Origin: Longivirga aurantiaca
GTDB lineage: Bacteria > Actinomycetota > Actinomycetes > S36-B12 > CAIYMF01
Direction: 5' to 3'
DNA length: 32,000 bases
Assembly (NCBI RefSeq): GCF_042660085.1
Contig: NZ_JBHSTI010000008.1
Location: 1,989,876 to 2,021,875 of the forward strand
Made by a program: the position numbers and the translations under genes. The notes under the pieces were generated by a model that ran no database searches, was not told where the DNA came from, and saw nothing but the letters and a program-made list of their open reading frames with translations. Each line of letters opens with the position of its first letter. The stretch's first letter is position 1. This document shows, one piece after another, positions 1 to 6,567 of this stretch.

Positions 1-1
1 C

Positions 2-274
2 CTCGAGCTGGTGGAGGACGTCGCCCGACTCGACGAGCTGTCCGCGCGCGACTGCCGAACGCATGCCCTCGACCACCTCGACATCGGCCGGACCGTGCGC
101 GGTTACGAGGCCGTGTTCGCCACGACGGTGGCCTCGGGCGCCAACCGTGCCCGGCCCCAACGCCTCCCCCTACCGCCTCGACAACGCGGCCATGAGCCGC
201 TCGCCGACGTACGGACCGCGGCCGTCGACCTGACGTTGCGGGTGCCCCAGCTCATCCCCAAGGAGAACTCATGA
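2..274 (+). CDS. Possible C-terminal fragment of a glycosyltransferase family 4-like protein (5' end outside window)
   Basis: Open frame from the window edge. 'LSARDCRTHALDHLDIGRTVRGYEAVFATTV' resembles the GT-B C-terminus pattern (CR..a...F....m..gYe.vy). Stop TGA overlaps the next gene's ATG (ATGA at 271-274). Confidence 0.4.
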   Translation, partial: LELVEDVARLDELSARDCRTHALDHLDIGRTVRGYEAVFATTVASGANRARPQRLPLPPRQRGHEPLADVRTAAVDLTLRVPQLIPKENS

Positions 275-582
275 AGAAGCTCATCCTGATCGGCATCGGC
301 GGAGCCATCGGCTACGTGCTCGGCGCCCGCGCCGGACGACCCGCGTACGACCGGCTCCGCGACGGCTGGCAGGGCCTCACCCGCCGCGCAGGGCTCGACG
401 ACCTCGCCACCACGGCCAAGGAGGCAGCCGTGGACGTCCGTGACGTCGCCGCCGAGCGTGCATCCGACGCCATGTCCAAAGGCGCCGACGACCTCGCCCG
501 GCGCATCGACAACCTCGCGCCGAACCGCAGCAACGACGCGCACCGCACAGGGTCTGACCTCCCCCTTCCCTCCGGTCCGTGA
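271..582 (+). CDS. YtxH-like / general-stress-type membrane-anchored protein
   Basis: 103 aa; N-terminal 'MKKLILIGIGGAIGYVLGARAGRPAYDRL' glycine-rich TM segment followed by amphipathic helix. RBS-like AAGGAG at 261-266. Confidence 0.75.
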   Translation: MKKLILIGIGGAIGYVLGARAGRPAYDRLRDGWQGLTRRAGLDDLATTAKEAAVDVRDVAAERASDAMSKGADDLARRIDNLAPNRSNDAHRTGSDLPLPSGP

Positions 583-643
583 CCGGCAGGCCTCGGACGA
601 CCGGGCGCGTTTGCCGGGCACCGTCAGCGGGCATCCAGCGGGC

Positions 644-835
644 ATGACCGAGCAGATGCACGAGCCGGACGCCGTGGCCGACGAGAAGGCACGCGCCCAG
701 AAGGTCGAGCGCGAGGCCCTCGCCGACGGCGGCGGCCGTGCCTCGCCCGCCGACGAGGCAGCCGACGACGAGTCGAGCTATTCCACCGAGGCGGAGCAGG
801 GCGCTGCTCAGCCCACCCCCGACGGCCGGCACTGA
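644..835 (+). CDS. Small acidic hypothetical protein
   Basis: In-frame ATG within the 440..835 ORF; 63 aa 'MTEQMHEPDAVADEKARAQKVEREALADGGGR...'. Low-complexity, no recognisable domain. Confidence 0.4.
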   Translation: MTEQMHEPDAVADEKARAQKVEREALADGGGRASPADEAADDESSYSTEAEQGAAQPTPDGRH

Positions 836-851
836 CCACTGCGTCACCCAG

Positions 852-876
852 GTTTAGCCCTGGCCTGCCAGGGAAC
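852..876 (+). promoter_or_regulatory. Candidate SigB/SigF-type promoter upstream of GlsB/YeaQ-like gene
   Basis: GTTT (852-855), 15 nt, GGGAAC (871-876); 47 nt before ATG 924. Resembles the GTTT-N15-17-GGGTAT class. Confidence 0.5.
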
Positions 877-923
877 CGCTGAGGTCGCGCCACCGGACGG
901 GTGGCGGAAAAAAGGAGAAGGAC

Positions 924-1193
924 ATGCTCTGGTTCATCATCGTCACCATCGTGATCGGCTTCGTGGCCGGTCTCATCGCCCGTGCGATCCTGCCCGGCAA
1001 CGACTCGATGGGTCTCCTGGCGACGACCGCCCTCGGCATCGTGGGGTCGCTGCTCGGCGGCTTCCTCGGATACCTGATCACGGGTAGCGACCGCGCGGAC
1101 GGCGCGTTCCAGACGTCCGGGCTCATCGGCTCGGTGATCGGCGCGGTCCTCGTGCTGCTGCTGGTCCGGATGCTGCGTCGTGCTCGCGCCTGA
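924..1193 (+). CDS. GlsB/YeaQ/YmgE family stress-response membrane protein
   Basis: 89 aa, hydrophobic; 'MLWFIIVTIVIGFVAGLIARAILPGNDSMGLLATTALGIVGSLLGGFLGYLI' matches the transglycosylase-associated (YeaQ) family. AAAGGAG at 911-917. Confidence 0.92.
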   Translation: MLWFIIVTIVIGFVAGLIARAILPGNDSMGLLATTALGIVGSLLGGFLGYLITGSDRADGAFQTSGLIGSVIGAVLVLLLVRMLRRARA

Positions 1194-1767
1194 CCGGGGC
1201 GTCACGCCCCTGCGCCCCGCCGAGGACTTCATCCGCGACGTCGAGGCGTTGCGCACCCAGGCCCGGGAGAACCTCGACCGGGGCGCGGTCTCCGCGGCGT
1301 ACGGCGCGGACCTCGAGCGGGTCGTGCAGATGCTGCAGACGGCGCTTGCCACCGAGCTGGTCTGCGTCCTGCGCTATCGCCAGCACCACTACGCCGCCAC
1401 GGGTATGGACGCCGAGCCGATCGCGGCGGAGTTCCTCGCCCACTCCGAGGAGGAGCTGGGGCACGCCGGCCTCATCGCCGCGCGCATCAGCCAGCTCGGG
1501 AGCAACCCGGACTTCTCGCCGTCCACCCTCGAGGGGCGGGCGCACAGCGAGTACGTCGAGGCCGACTCGCTGCGCGCGATGGTCACGGAGAACCTCGTGG
1601 CCGAGCGGGTGGCCGTCGCCGCGTACACCGACATCATCGAGTGGCTCGGGTCGTCCGACCCGACCACCCGGCGCATGCTCGAGCAGATCCTCGCCGTGGA
1701 GGAGGAGCACGCCGACGACCTCGCCTCGATGCTCGACGGCCTTCCGGCAGCGACCGGCCCGGCCTGA
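1180..1767 (+). CDS. Ferritin-like domain protein (bacterioferritin/Dps-like)
   Basis: 195 aa, GTG start; 'ALATELVCVLRYRQHHYAA...EFLAHSEEELGHAGLIAARI' and 'AERVAVAAYTDIIEWLG...RMLEQILAVEEEHADDLASML' provide the two diiron ExxH helices. Confidence 0.88.
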   Translation: MLAPDRGVTPLRPAEDFIRDVEALRTQARENLDRGAVSAAYGADLERVVQMLQTALATELVCVLRYRQHHYAATGMDAEPIAAEFLAHSEEELGHAGLIAARISQLGSNPDFSPSTLEGRAHSEYVEADSLRAMVTENLVAERVAVAAYTDIIEWLGSSDPTTRRMLEQILAVEEEHADDLASMLDGLPAATGPA

Positions 1768-1771
1768 TCGA

Positions 1772-1792
1772 CGCGCCGGCATCCCCGGCGCG
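1772..1792 (+). terminator. Hairpin between ferritin-like gene and small membrane protein gene
   Basis: Perfect 8-bp stem CGCGCCGG-CATCC-CCGGCGCG starting 5 nt after the stop codon; no U-tract. Confidence 0.45.
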
Positions 1793-1812
1793 AACCACTC
1801 TGGAGGCACACC

Positions 1813-1968
1813 ATGATCATTCTCGGACTCATCCTCGTGATCGTCGGCTGGCTCACCAGCACCTCGATCCTCATCACCCTCGGGGCCATCCTCGCGGTGG
1901 TCGGCGTGGTGCTCGCGCTGCTCGGCGGCACGGGCCGCCCGGTGGCCGGCAGGGCGCACTGGTACTAG
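1813..1968 (+). CDS. DUF6131-like small hydrophobic membrane protein (absent from supplied ORF track)
   Basis: Hand-translated 51 aa: MIILGLILVIVGWLTSTSILITLGAILAVVGVVLALLGGTGRPVAGRAHWY*. GGAG RBS 9 nt upstream, two TM segments, characteristic 'GRPVAGRAHWY' tail. Confidence 0.8.
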   Translation: MIILGLILVIVGWLTSTSILITLGAILAVVGVVLALLGGTGRPVAGRAHWY

Positions 1969-2059
1969 GAGGACCTGAGCCTCGCACGACCTGGCTCACC
2001 GTCGACGGCGCGGCTGCGGGCGACCGCGGCCGCGCCGTCGTCGTCCGCGTGGCCCGGAT

Positions 2060-2085
2060 GTTTGGGACCTCGCACGAACGGGCAC
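2060..2085 (+). promoter_or_regulatory. Candidate SigB/SigF-type promoter upstream of the SpoIIE-domain phosphatase gene
   Basis: GTTT (2060-2063), 16 nt, GGGCAC (2080-2085); 55 nt before the GTG at 2141. One mismatch in -10 versus GGGTAC/T. Confidence 0.35.
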
Positions 2086-2140
2086 AGGGGCACCGAGCCG
2101 CGCCCTCCACCGGGGGCCCGACCCGCCACGACCACGAGGG

Positions 2141-3928
2141 GTGGTTGCACTGCCGATCGACAACGACACCGACGCGCTGCACGCGCTCTCCGTCGAGCTC
2201 GCCGGTGCCGTCGACGCGGCCGAGGTGGTCGAGGTCATCACCGCGCACTGCGCACCGCTCCTGCGCGCCAGCATGGTCACGGTCTCCACCGTCGAGGACG
2301 ACGGCACGACACTGCGCCTCGTGTCGTCGGTGAACACGCCGACCCCTGTCGTCCTCGCGTTCGACACCCATGAGAGCGGAGCGACGTTGCCCGCAGGCGA
2401 CGCGCTGCGCTCGGGCCAGCCCGTGGTGATCCGGTCCGTGGACGAGCTGCACGAGCGCTACCCGGGCCTCACGGAGGTCGACCTCGAGCACAACGCGCTG
2501 TGCGTCCTCCCCCTCCTGCGCGGCGAGGAGCCGGTGGGGGTGCTCGGCCTCGGCTGGTGCGACGCCGCCGAGATGACGGCCGAGGTCGTCGAGCTCTCGC
2601 AAGCCGTCGCCGAGGTCTGCGCGTCTGCGCTCTACCGCGCGGTGGCCGCGGCGCACCCAGGGCACGACCGCACACGGTCCGAGGCTGCCCTCGCGAGCCT
2701 GCGCTCCCTGCAGGCCGTCGCCGCCGAGCTCGCCCATACCGTCGACCTGTCGCAGGCCGCGGCCGTCGTGCTCGAGCACGCCGTCATCGCCCTGGGCGCC
2801 GAGGCCGGTGCCCTCAACGTCCTCGACGACGACGGCACCGAGTGCACGCAGATCGCCACAGTCGGGCTCGACGGGACCGAGATGGCCGGCCTGACCTCCT
2901 GGCAGGTGCGCGACTCGTCGCTCGCTCGCGAGCTCGTGCGCACCGGCCTGCCGATACTGATCACCGATTCCGAGTGCCTGCGCCGGCGCTTCCCCGACCT
3001 GGTCACGCAGGAGCCGCGGCAGGAGGCCTGGGCCACCCTGCTGCTGACCTCGGGATGCCGCAACCTCGGCATCGTCTCGATCGGCTGGCGCGAGCCGCGG
3101 GAGTTCAGCAGCGAGGACGTGAGCCTGCTGCAGACGCTGGCCGACCACCTCGCGGCGGCGCTGGACCGCAACCGCCTGATGTCGAGCAACGACGCGCTGC
3201 TCACGGAGAGCACCCGCATCGCGGAGACGCTGCAGCGTTCACTCATGCCAGGGCCGCTGCCGGAGTGGCCCGGGGTAACGATGGCCGCCGGCCTCCAGCC
3301 CGCCGAGCTGGGCACCGAGGTCTGCGGGGACTTCTACGACGCGTTCCCCGCGGTCGACGGGTCGCTCGTCGTGGTGATCGGCGACGTCGCCGGACGCGGT
3401 GTCAACGCTGCGGGGCTCACGGGCATGGTGCGCCATACGCTGAGGGCGCTCGCGCGGGACATGCCCCCTGCCGAGGCCCTCTACCGGCTCAACCGCGCAC
3501 TCGTCGAAGGTGCATGGGTGGACGAGCCGCGGCTGCTGACCGCCGCGATGCTGCGGCTCACGCGGCTCGACCACGGCATCCGGGCCGAGATCTCCCTCGC
3601 CGGCCACTGCTTGCCGGTGGTGGTCCGCGACCGTGTCGCGGAGCACGTCGGGGTGCCGGGGATGCTGCTGGGCGCCTTCGCCGACGTGCGCATCGGCACC
3701 GTGACGGTCGACCTCTCCCCCGGCGACCTCCTGCTGCTGCACACGGACGGCGTCACCGAGGCGAGGCGTCACGGCGTCGAGTTCGGCGAGTCCCGGCTGC
3801 TCAAGCTGCTCTCGGCCATGACCGACCCCCGGCCCGACGACACCGTCGAGCACGTGCTCGGGTCGGTGGACTGGTACCGCACCACCGCGCCCGATGACAT
3901 GGCCGTTCTCGTGGTCCGCGCGACCTAG
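2141..3928 (+). CDS. GAF domain-containing PP2C/SpoIIE-family serine/threonine phosphatase (RsbU/RsbP-like)
   Basis: 595 aa; two GAF-like regions, then 'ESTRIAETLQRSLMPGPLPEWPGVTMAAGLQPAELGTEVCGDFYDAF...VVIGDVAGRGVNAAGLTGMVRHTLRAL...LLLLHTDGVTEAR...TAPDDMAVLVVRAT', classic SpoIIE signatures. Confidence 0.95.
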   Translation: MVALPIDNDTDALHALSVELAGAVDAAEVVEVITAHCAPLLRASMVTVSTVEDDGTTLRLVSSVNTPTPVVLAFDTHESGATLPAGDALRSGQPVVIRSVDELHERYPGLTEVDLEHNALCVLPLLRGEEPVGVLGLGWCDAAEMTAEVVELSQAVAEVCASALYRAVAAAHPGHDRTRSEAALASLRSLQAVAAELAHTVDLSQAAAVVLEHAVIALGAEAGALNVLDDDGTECTQIATVGLDGTEMAGLTSWQVRDSSLARELVRTGLPILITDSECLRRRFPDLVTQEPRQEAWATLLLTSGCRNLGIVSIGWREPREFSSEDVSLLQTLADHLAAALDRNRLMSSNDALLTESTRIAETLQRSLMPGPLPEWPGVTMAAGLQPAELGTEVCGDFYDAFPAVDGSLVVVIGDVAGRGVNAAGLTGMVRHTLRALARDMPPAEALYRLNRALVEGAWVDEPRLLTAAMLRLTRLDHGIRAEISLAGHCLPVVVRDRVAEHVGVPGMLLGAFADVRIGTVTVDLSPGDLLLLHTDGVTEARRHGVEFGESRLLKLLSAMTDPRPDDTVEHVLGSVDWYRTTAPDDMAVLVVRAT

Positions 3929-3935
3929 CCCGGCG

Positions 3936-4823
3936 TCAGCTCCCGCCCTCCGCGAGCGCCGTGGCCTCCGCGAGCGTGCGCTGCACCAGTCCGCCCGCCT
4001 CGACCTCCGTCCAGCTGACCGGCGTCGCCGCCGTCGGCCGCTCCCTCCCCCGCAGCGACCACGGGACGATCGTCGTCTTGGCCGGGTTGTTCTGGCTCCA
4101 GTCGACGAGCACCTTGCCGGGCCGCAGGTCGCGTGCCTGCCGGGTGACCACGAGGGCGGGCAGCGCCGCCTCGAGCCGCGCGGCGAGCGCGTGGGCGTAG
4201 TCGCTCTCCGAGCCGGCGTCGTGCACCGCTTCCGCGCCGTCACCGAGATCGGCGTACAGCTGCATGCCCTTCGAGCCGCTGGTGACTGCGCGGGCGACGA
4301 GGCCGTCCGCGACCAGCAGACCGCGGGTCGCCAGCGCCACCTCGGCGCACGCGTCGAGCCCGGCCGGCGCCCCGGGGTCGAGGTCGACGACCAGCCGGTC
4401 GGGCGCCAGCGGCTCGCCCGTCGCGCGGTCGACGCGCCACTGCGGCGCGTGCAGCTCCAAGGCGCCCGACTGCGCGAGCCACACGAGCACCGCCTCGTCG
4501 TCGACGAGCGGGTAGTCGAGGTCGCGCCCCTCGTGGCCGGACCGCTGACCCGTGTGGTGCTGCGTCATGCGCGGCACCCAGTCGGGCGCGCCGCGCGGGA
4601 GGTTCTTCTCGATGAACGGCTTCTGCTCCACGCCGTCCGGCCAGCGCTTGCGCGTGACCGGCCGGTCGCGCATCTCGGGCAGGATCGACGGAGCGACGGC
4701 GAGGTAGTACTGCAGCACGTCCGCCTTGGTGGTCGCGGTTGCCGGGTACAGCACCTTGTCGAGGTTGGTGACCCGCACCTCCCGCCCGGCGACCGACAGC
4801 CACCCACCCTCGGCGCCGCTCAC
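3936..4823 (-). CDS. ligD: LigD-type polymerase/primase domain protein (NHEJ polymerase, stand-alone)
   Basis: 295 aa, GTG start; 'VTNLDKVLYPATATTKADVLQYYLAVAPSILPEMRDRPVTRKRWPDGVEQKPFIEKNLPRGAPDW...LVVDLDPGAPAGLDACAEVA...GSKGMQLYADLGD'. No ligase or phosphoesterase module. Confidence 0.92.
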   Translation of the reverse strand: MSGAEGGWLSVAGREVRVTNLDKVLYPATATTKADVLQYYLAVAPSILPEMRDRPVTRKRWPDGVEQKPFIEKNLPRGAPDWVPRMTQHHTGQRSGHEGRDLDYPLVDDEAVLVWLAQSGALELHAPQWRVDRATGEPLAPDRLVVDLDPGAPAGLDACAEVALATRGLLVADGLVARAVTSGSKGMQLYADLGDGAEAVHDAGSESDYAHALAARLEAALPALVVTRQARDLRPGKVLVDWSQNNPAKTTIVPWSLRGRERPTAATPVSWTEVEAGGLVQRTLAEATALAEGGS

Positions 4824-4868
4824 ACGAGGACCTCGTCCGCAGTCTTCGACAGGCGCCGTTGCGCGCTG

Positions 4869-4894
4869 GTTTGGCTCCCGGTCATGGCGGGCAT
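4869..4894 (+). promoter_or_regulatory. Candidate SigB/SigF-type promoter upstream of ku
   Basis: GTTT (4869-4872), 16 nt, GGGCAT (4889-4894); 39 nt before ATG 4934. Confidence 0.35.
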
Positions 4895-4933
4895 CCTCTC
4901 CGATGGTGTACGTCCCGACGGAGGAGAACGACG

Positions 4934-5923
4934 ATGCAGTCGATGTGGAAGGGGTCCGTCTCGTTCGGGCTCGTCAACGTGCCGGTCAAGCTGTACGCCG
5001 CCACCGAGGACCACGACGTGCGTTTCCACCAGGTCCACGCCGCCGACGGCGGCCGCGTGAAGATGGTGCGCACCTGCTCGGTCGACGGGCAACCCGTCGC
5101 CTACGCCGATCTCGCGAAGGCGTACGAGACCAGCAGCGGTGAGCTCGTGGTGATGGAGGAGCGCGACTTCGACGCCCTGCCGGTGCCGGGCAAGCGCGAG
5201 ATCGACGTGCTCGAGTTCGTACCCTCGGACCAGGTCGACCCGGTGCTGTTCGACCGCAGCTACTACCTCGAGCCCGAGGCCCGGGCCCTCAAGCCATACG
5301 TCCTCCTGCGCGAGGCGCTGCGCACCACCGAGCGCACCGCCCTCGTGCGCGTGGTGCTGCGCCAGAAGGCCCAGCTCGCGGCGCTCCGCGTGCGCGACGA
5401 CGTGATCCTCATGCAGACGATGCTGTGGCCGGACGAGGTGCGGCGTGCGACGTTCGATGTCCTGCACACCGACGCCGAGGTGCGCCCGCAGGAGCTCGCC
5501 ATGGCGTCCTCGCTGATCGACAGCCTGTCGAGCGACTTCGACCCCGACGAGTACCACGATGACTACCGCGAGGCCCTCCTCGAGGTGATCGACCGCAAGG
5601 TCGCGGGCGGCGCCGGAGTGCCGGCCGACACCGCAACCGTCCCCGAGGACGAGGGCGACGCCATAGTGGTCGACCTCATGGCCGCGCTGCGCGAGTCGGT
5701 GAAGAGGACGAGCGCAGGCGAGGACGCCCGGGCCCAGAATCGTCCGGCGGGCCCTGCGACGAGGGCCGCCCCGAAGAAGGCCGCTGCCAAGAAGGCGGCG
5801 GCGAAGAAGGCTGTCGGCACGAAGTCTGCCGCGAGCAAGCCGACGCCGCGGAAGGCCGCTGGTCCCACCAAGGCGGCGGCGAAGAAGGCCGCTTCGAAGC
5901 CCGCGCGGAGGCGCAGCGCCTGA
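4934..5923 (+). CDS. ku: Non-homologous end-joining protein Ku with Lys/Ala-rich tail
   Basis: Start 'MQSMWKGSVSFGLVNVPVKLYAATEDHDVRFHQVH', RBS GGAGG upstream; Ku core through 'LIDSLSSDFDPDEYHDDYREALLEVIDRK', C-terminus 'KKAAAKKAAAKKAVGTKSAASKPTPRKAAGPTKAAAKKAASKPARRRSA'. Confidence 0.97.
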   Translation: MQSMWKGSVSFGLVNVPVKLYAATEDHDVRFHQVHAADGGRVKMVRTCSVDGQPVAYADLAKAYETSSGELVVMEERDFDALPVPGKREIDVLEFVPSDQVDPVLFDRSYYLEPEARALKPYVLLREALRTTERTALVRVVLRQKAQLAALRVRDDVILMQTMLWPDEVRRATFDVLHTDAEVRPQELAMASSLIDSLSSDFDPDEYHDDYREALLEVIDRKVAGGAGVPADTATVPEDEGDAIVVDLMAALRESVKRTSAGEDARAQNRPAGPATRAAPKKAAAKKAAAKKAVGTKSAASKPTPRKAAGPTKAAAKKAASKPARRRSA

Positions 5924-5981
5924 CGGGCGGGGCAGTGCGGGACAGCGGCGCATCGGTGTGCTGGCCTCCCCCGGGGCGAGT

Positions 5982-6017
5982 GGTGCCCGGGACGGGAGGG
6001 GTCTCGTCCCGGGCACC
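5982..6017. terminator. Strong bidirectional terminator-like hairpin between convergent ku and hemerythrin genes
   Basis: Left arm GGTGCCCGGGACGGGA (5982-5997), tetraloop GGGG, right arm TCTCGTCCCGGGCACC (6002-6017); 16 bp with one G-U. Confidence 0.75.
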
Positions 6018-6069
6018 TCCGAACTACCCGGCGGCCCAAGCGGCAAACCTGGGACGTCGGGGAGCGTGG

Positions 6070-6486
6070 TCAGCGCGCGGCCTCGGGGCTGCCGCTCATC
6101 CGCTGCCCCAGCTCCTGCAGGTCCTTGCGCCCGAACGCCTCGCGCACCGCGGGGAAGAGCTCGCTCTCCTCCTCCTCGATGTGGTGCTTCACGTTCTCGA
6201 TGAGCACCGTGGCCTTGGCCCGGTAGGTCTCCGCGCCGGGGTCCATCGCCCGCAGCTCGCCGATGAGCATGTGCACCACGTGGTGCTCCTCGATCGACTC
6301 CAGCACGAGGTCGCGGCCGGGGATGACGTCCTTGACCTCGGGGTAGAAGTAGGTCTCCTCGATCGCAGCGTGGCGGTCGAGCTCGTCGCAGATCGTGGGC
6401 ACGACCGACGTCTCGCCCTTGTCGAACCGGGTGAAGAGCTTCTTCACGGCTGCGTGGTCCTCGCGCAGCATGACGATGGCGTCCAT
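6070..6486 (-). CDS. Hemerythrin domain-containing protein
   Basis: 138 aa from MDAIVMLREDHAAVKKLFTRF; 'ICDELDRHAAIEETYFYPEV...EHHVVHMLIGEL...HHIEEEESELFPAVREAF'. RBS AGGAG upstream. Confidence 0.95.
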   Translation of the reverse strand: MDAIVMLREDHAAVKKLFTRFDKGETSVVPTICDELDRHAAIEETYFYPEVKDVIPGRDLVLESIEEHHVVHMLIGELRAMDPGAETYRAKATVLIENVKHHIEEEESELFPAVREAFGRKDLQELGQRMSGSPEAAR

Positions 6487-6529
6487 GGTGGTCTCCTGTC
6501 GTGGCGGTGCGGGTTCGCACCGGTCCCGA

Positions 6530-6554
6530 CTACCCCCGCGGCGCACGGCGAAAC
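6530..6554 (-). promoter_or_regulatory. Candidate SigB/SigF-type promoter of the hemerythrin gene
   Basis: Minus strand reads GTTT (complement 6551-6554), 15 nt, GGGTAG (complement 6530-6535); 43 nt before ATG 6486. Closest match in the window to GTTT-N15-GGGTAT. Confidence 0.6.
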
Positions 6555-6567
6555 GCGCAGGGACCGG

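Noticed and set aside
5782-5920. AAG/GCG-rich repetitive stretch as a possible tandem repeat element or CRISPR-like array
   Set aside because: Explained as coding for the Lys/Ala-rich tail of Ku; units are irregular and there are no spacers.
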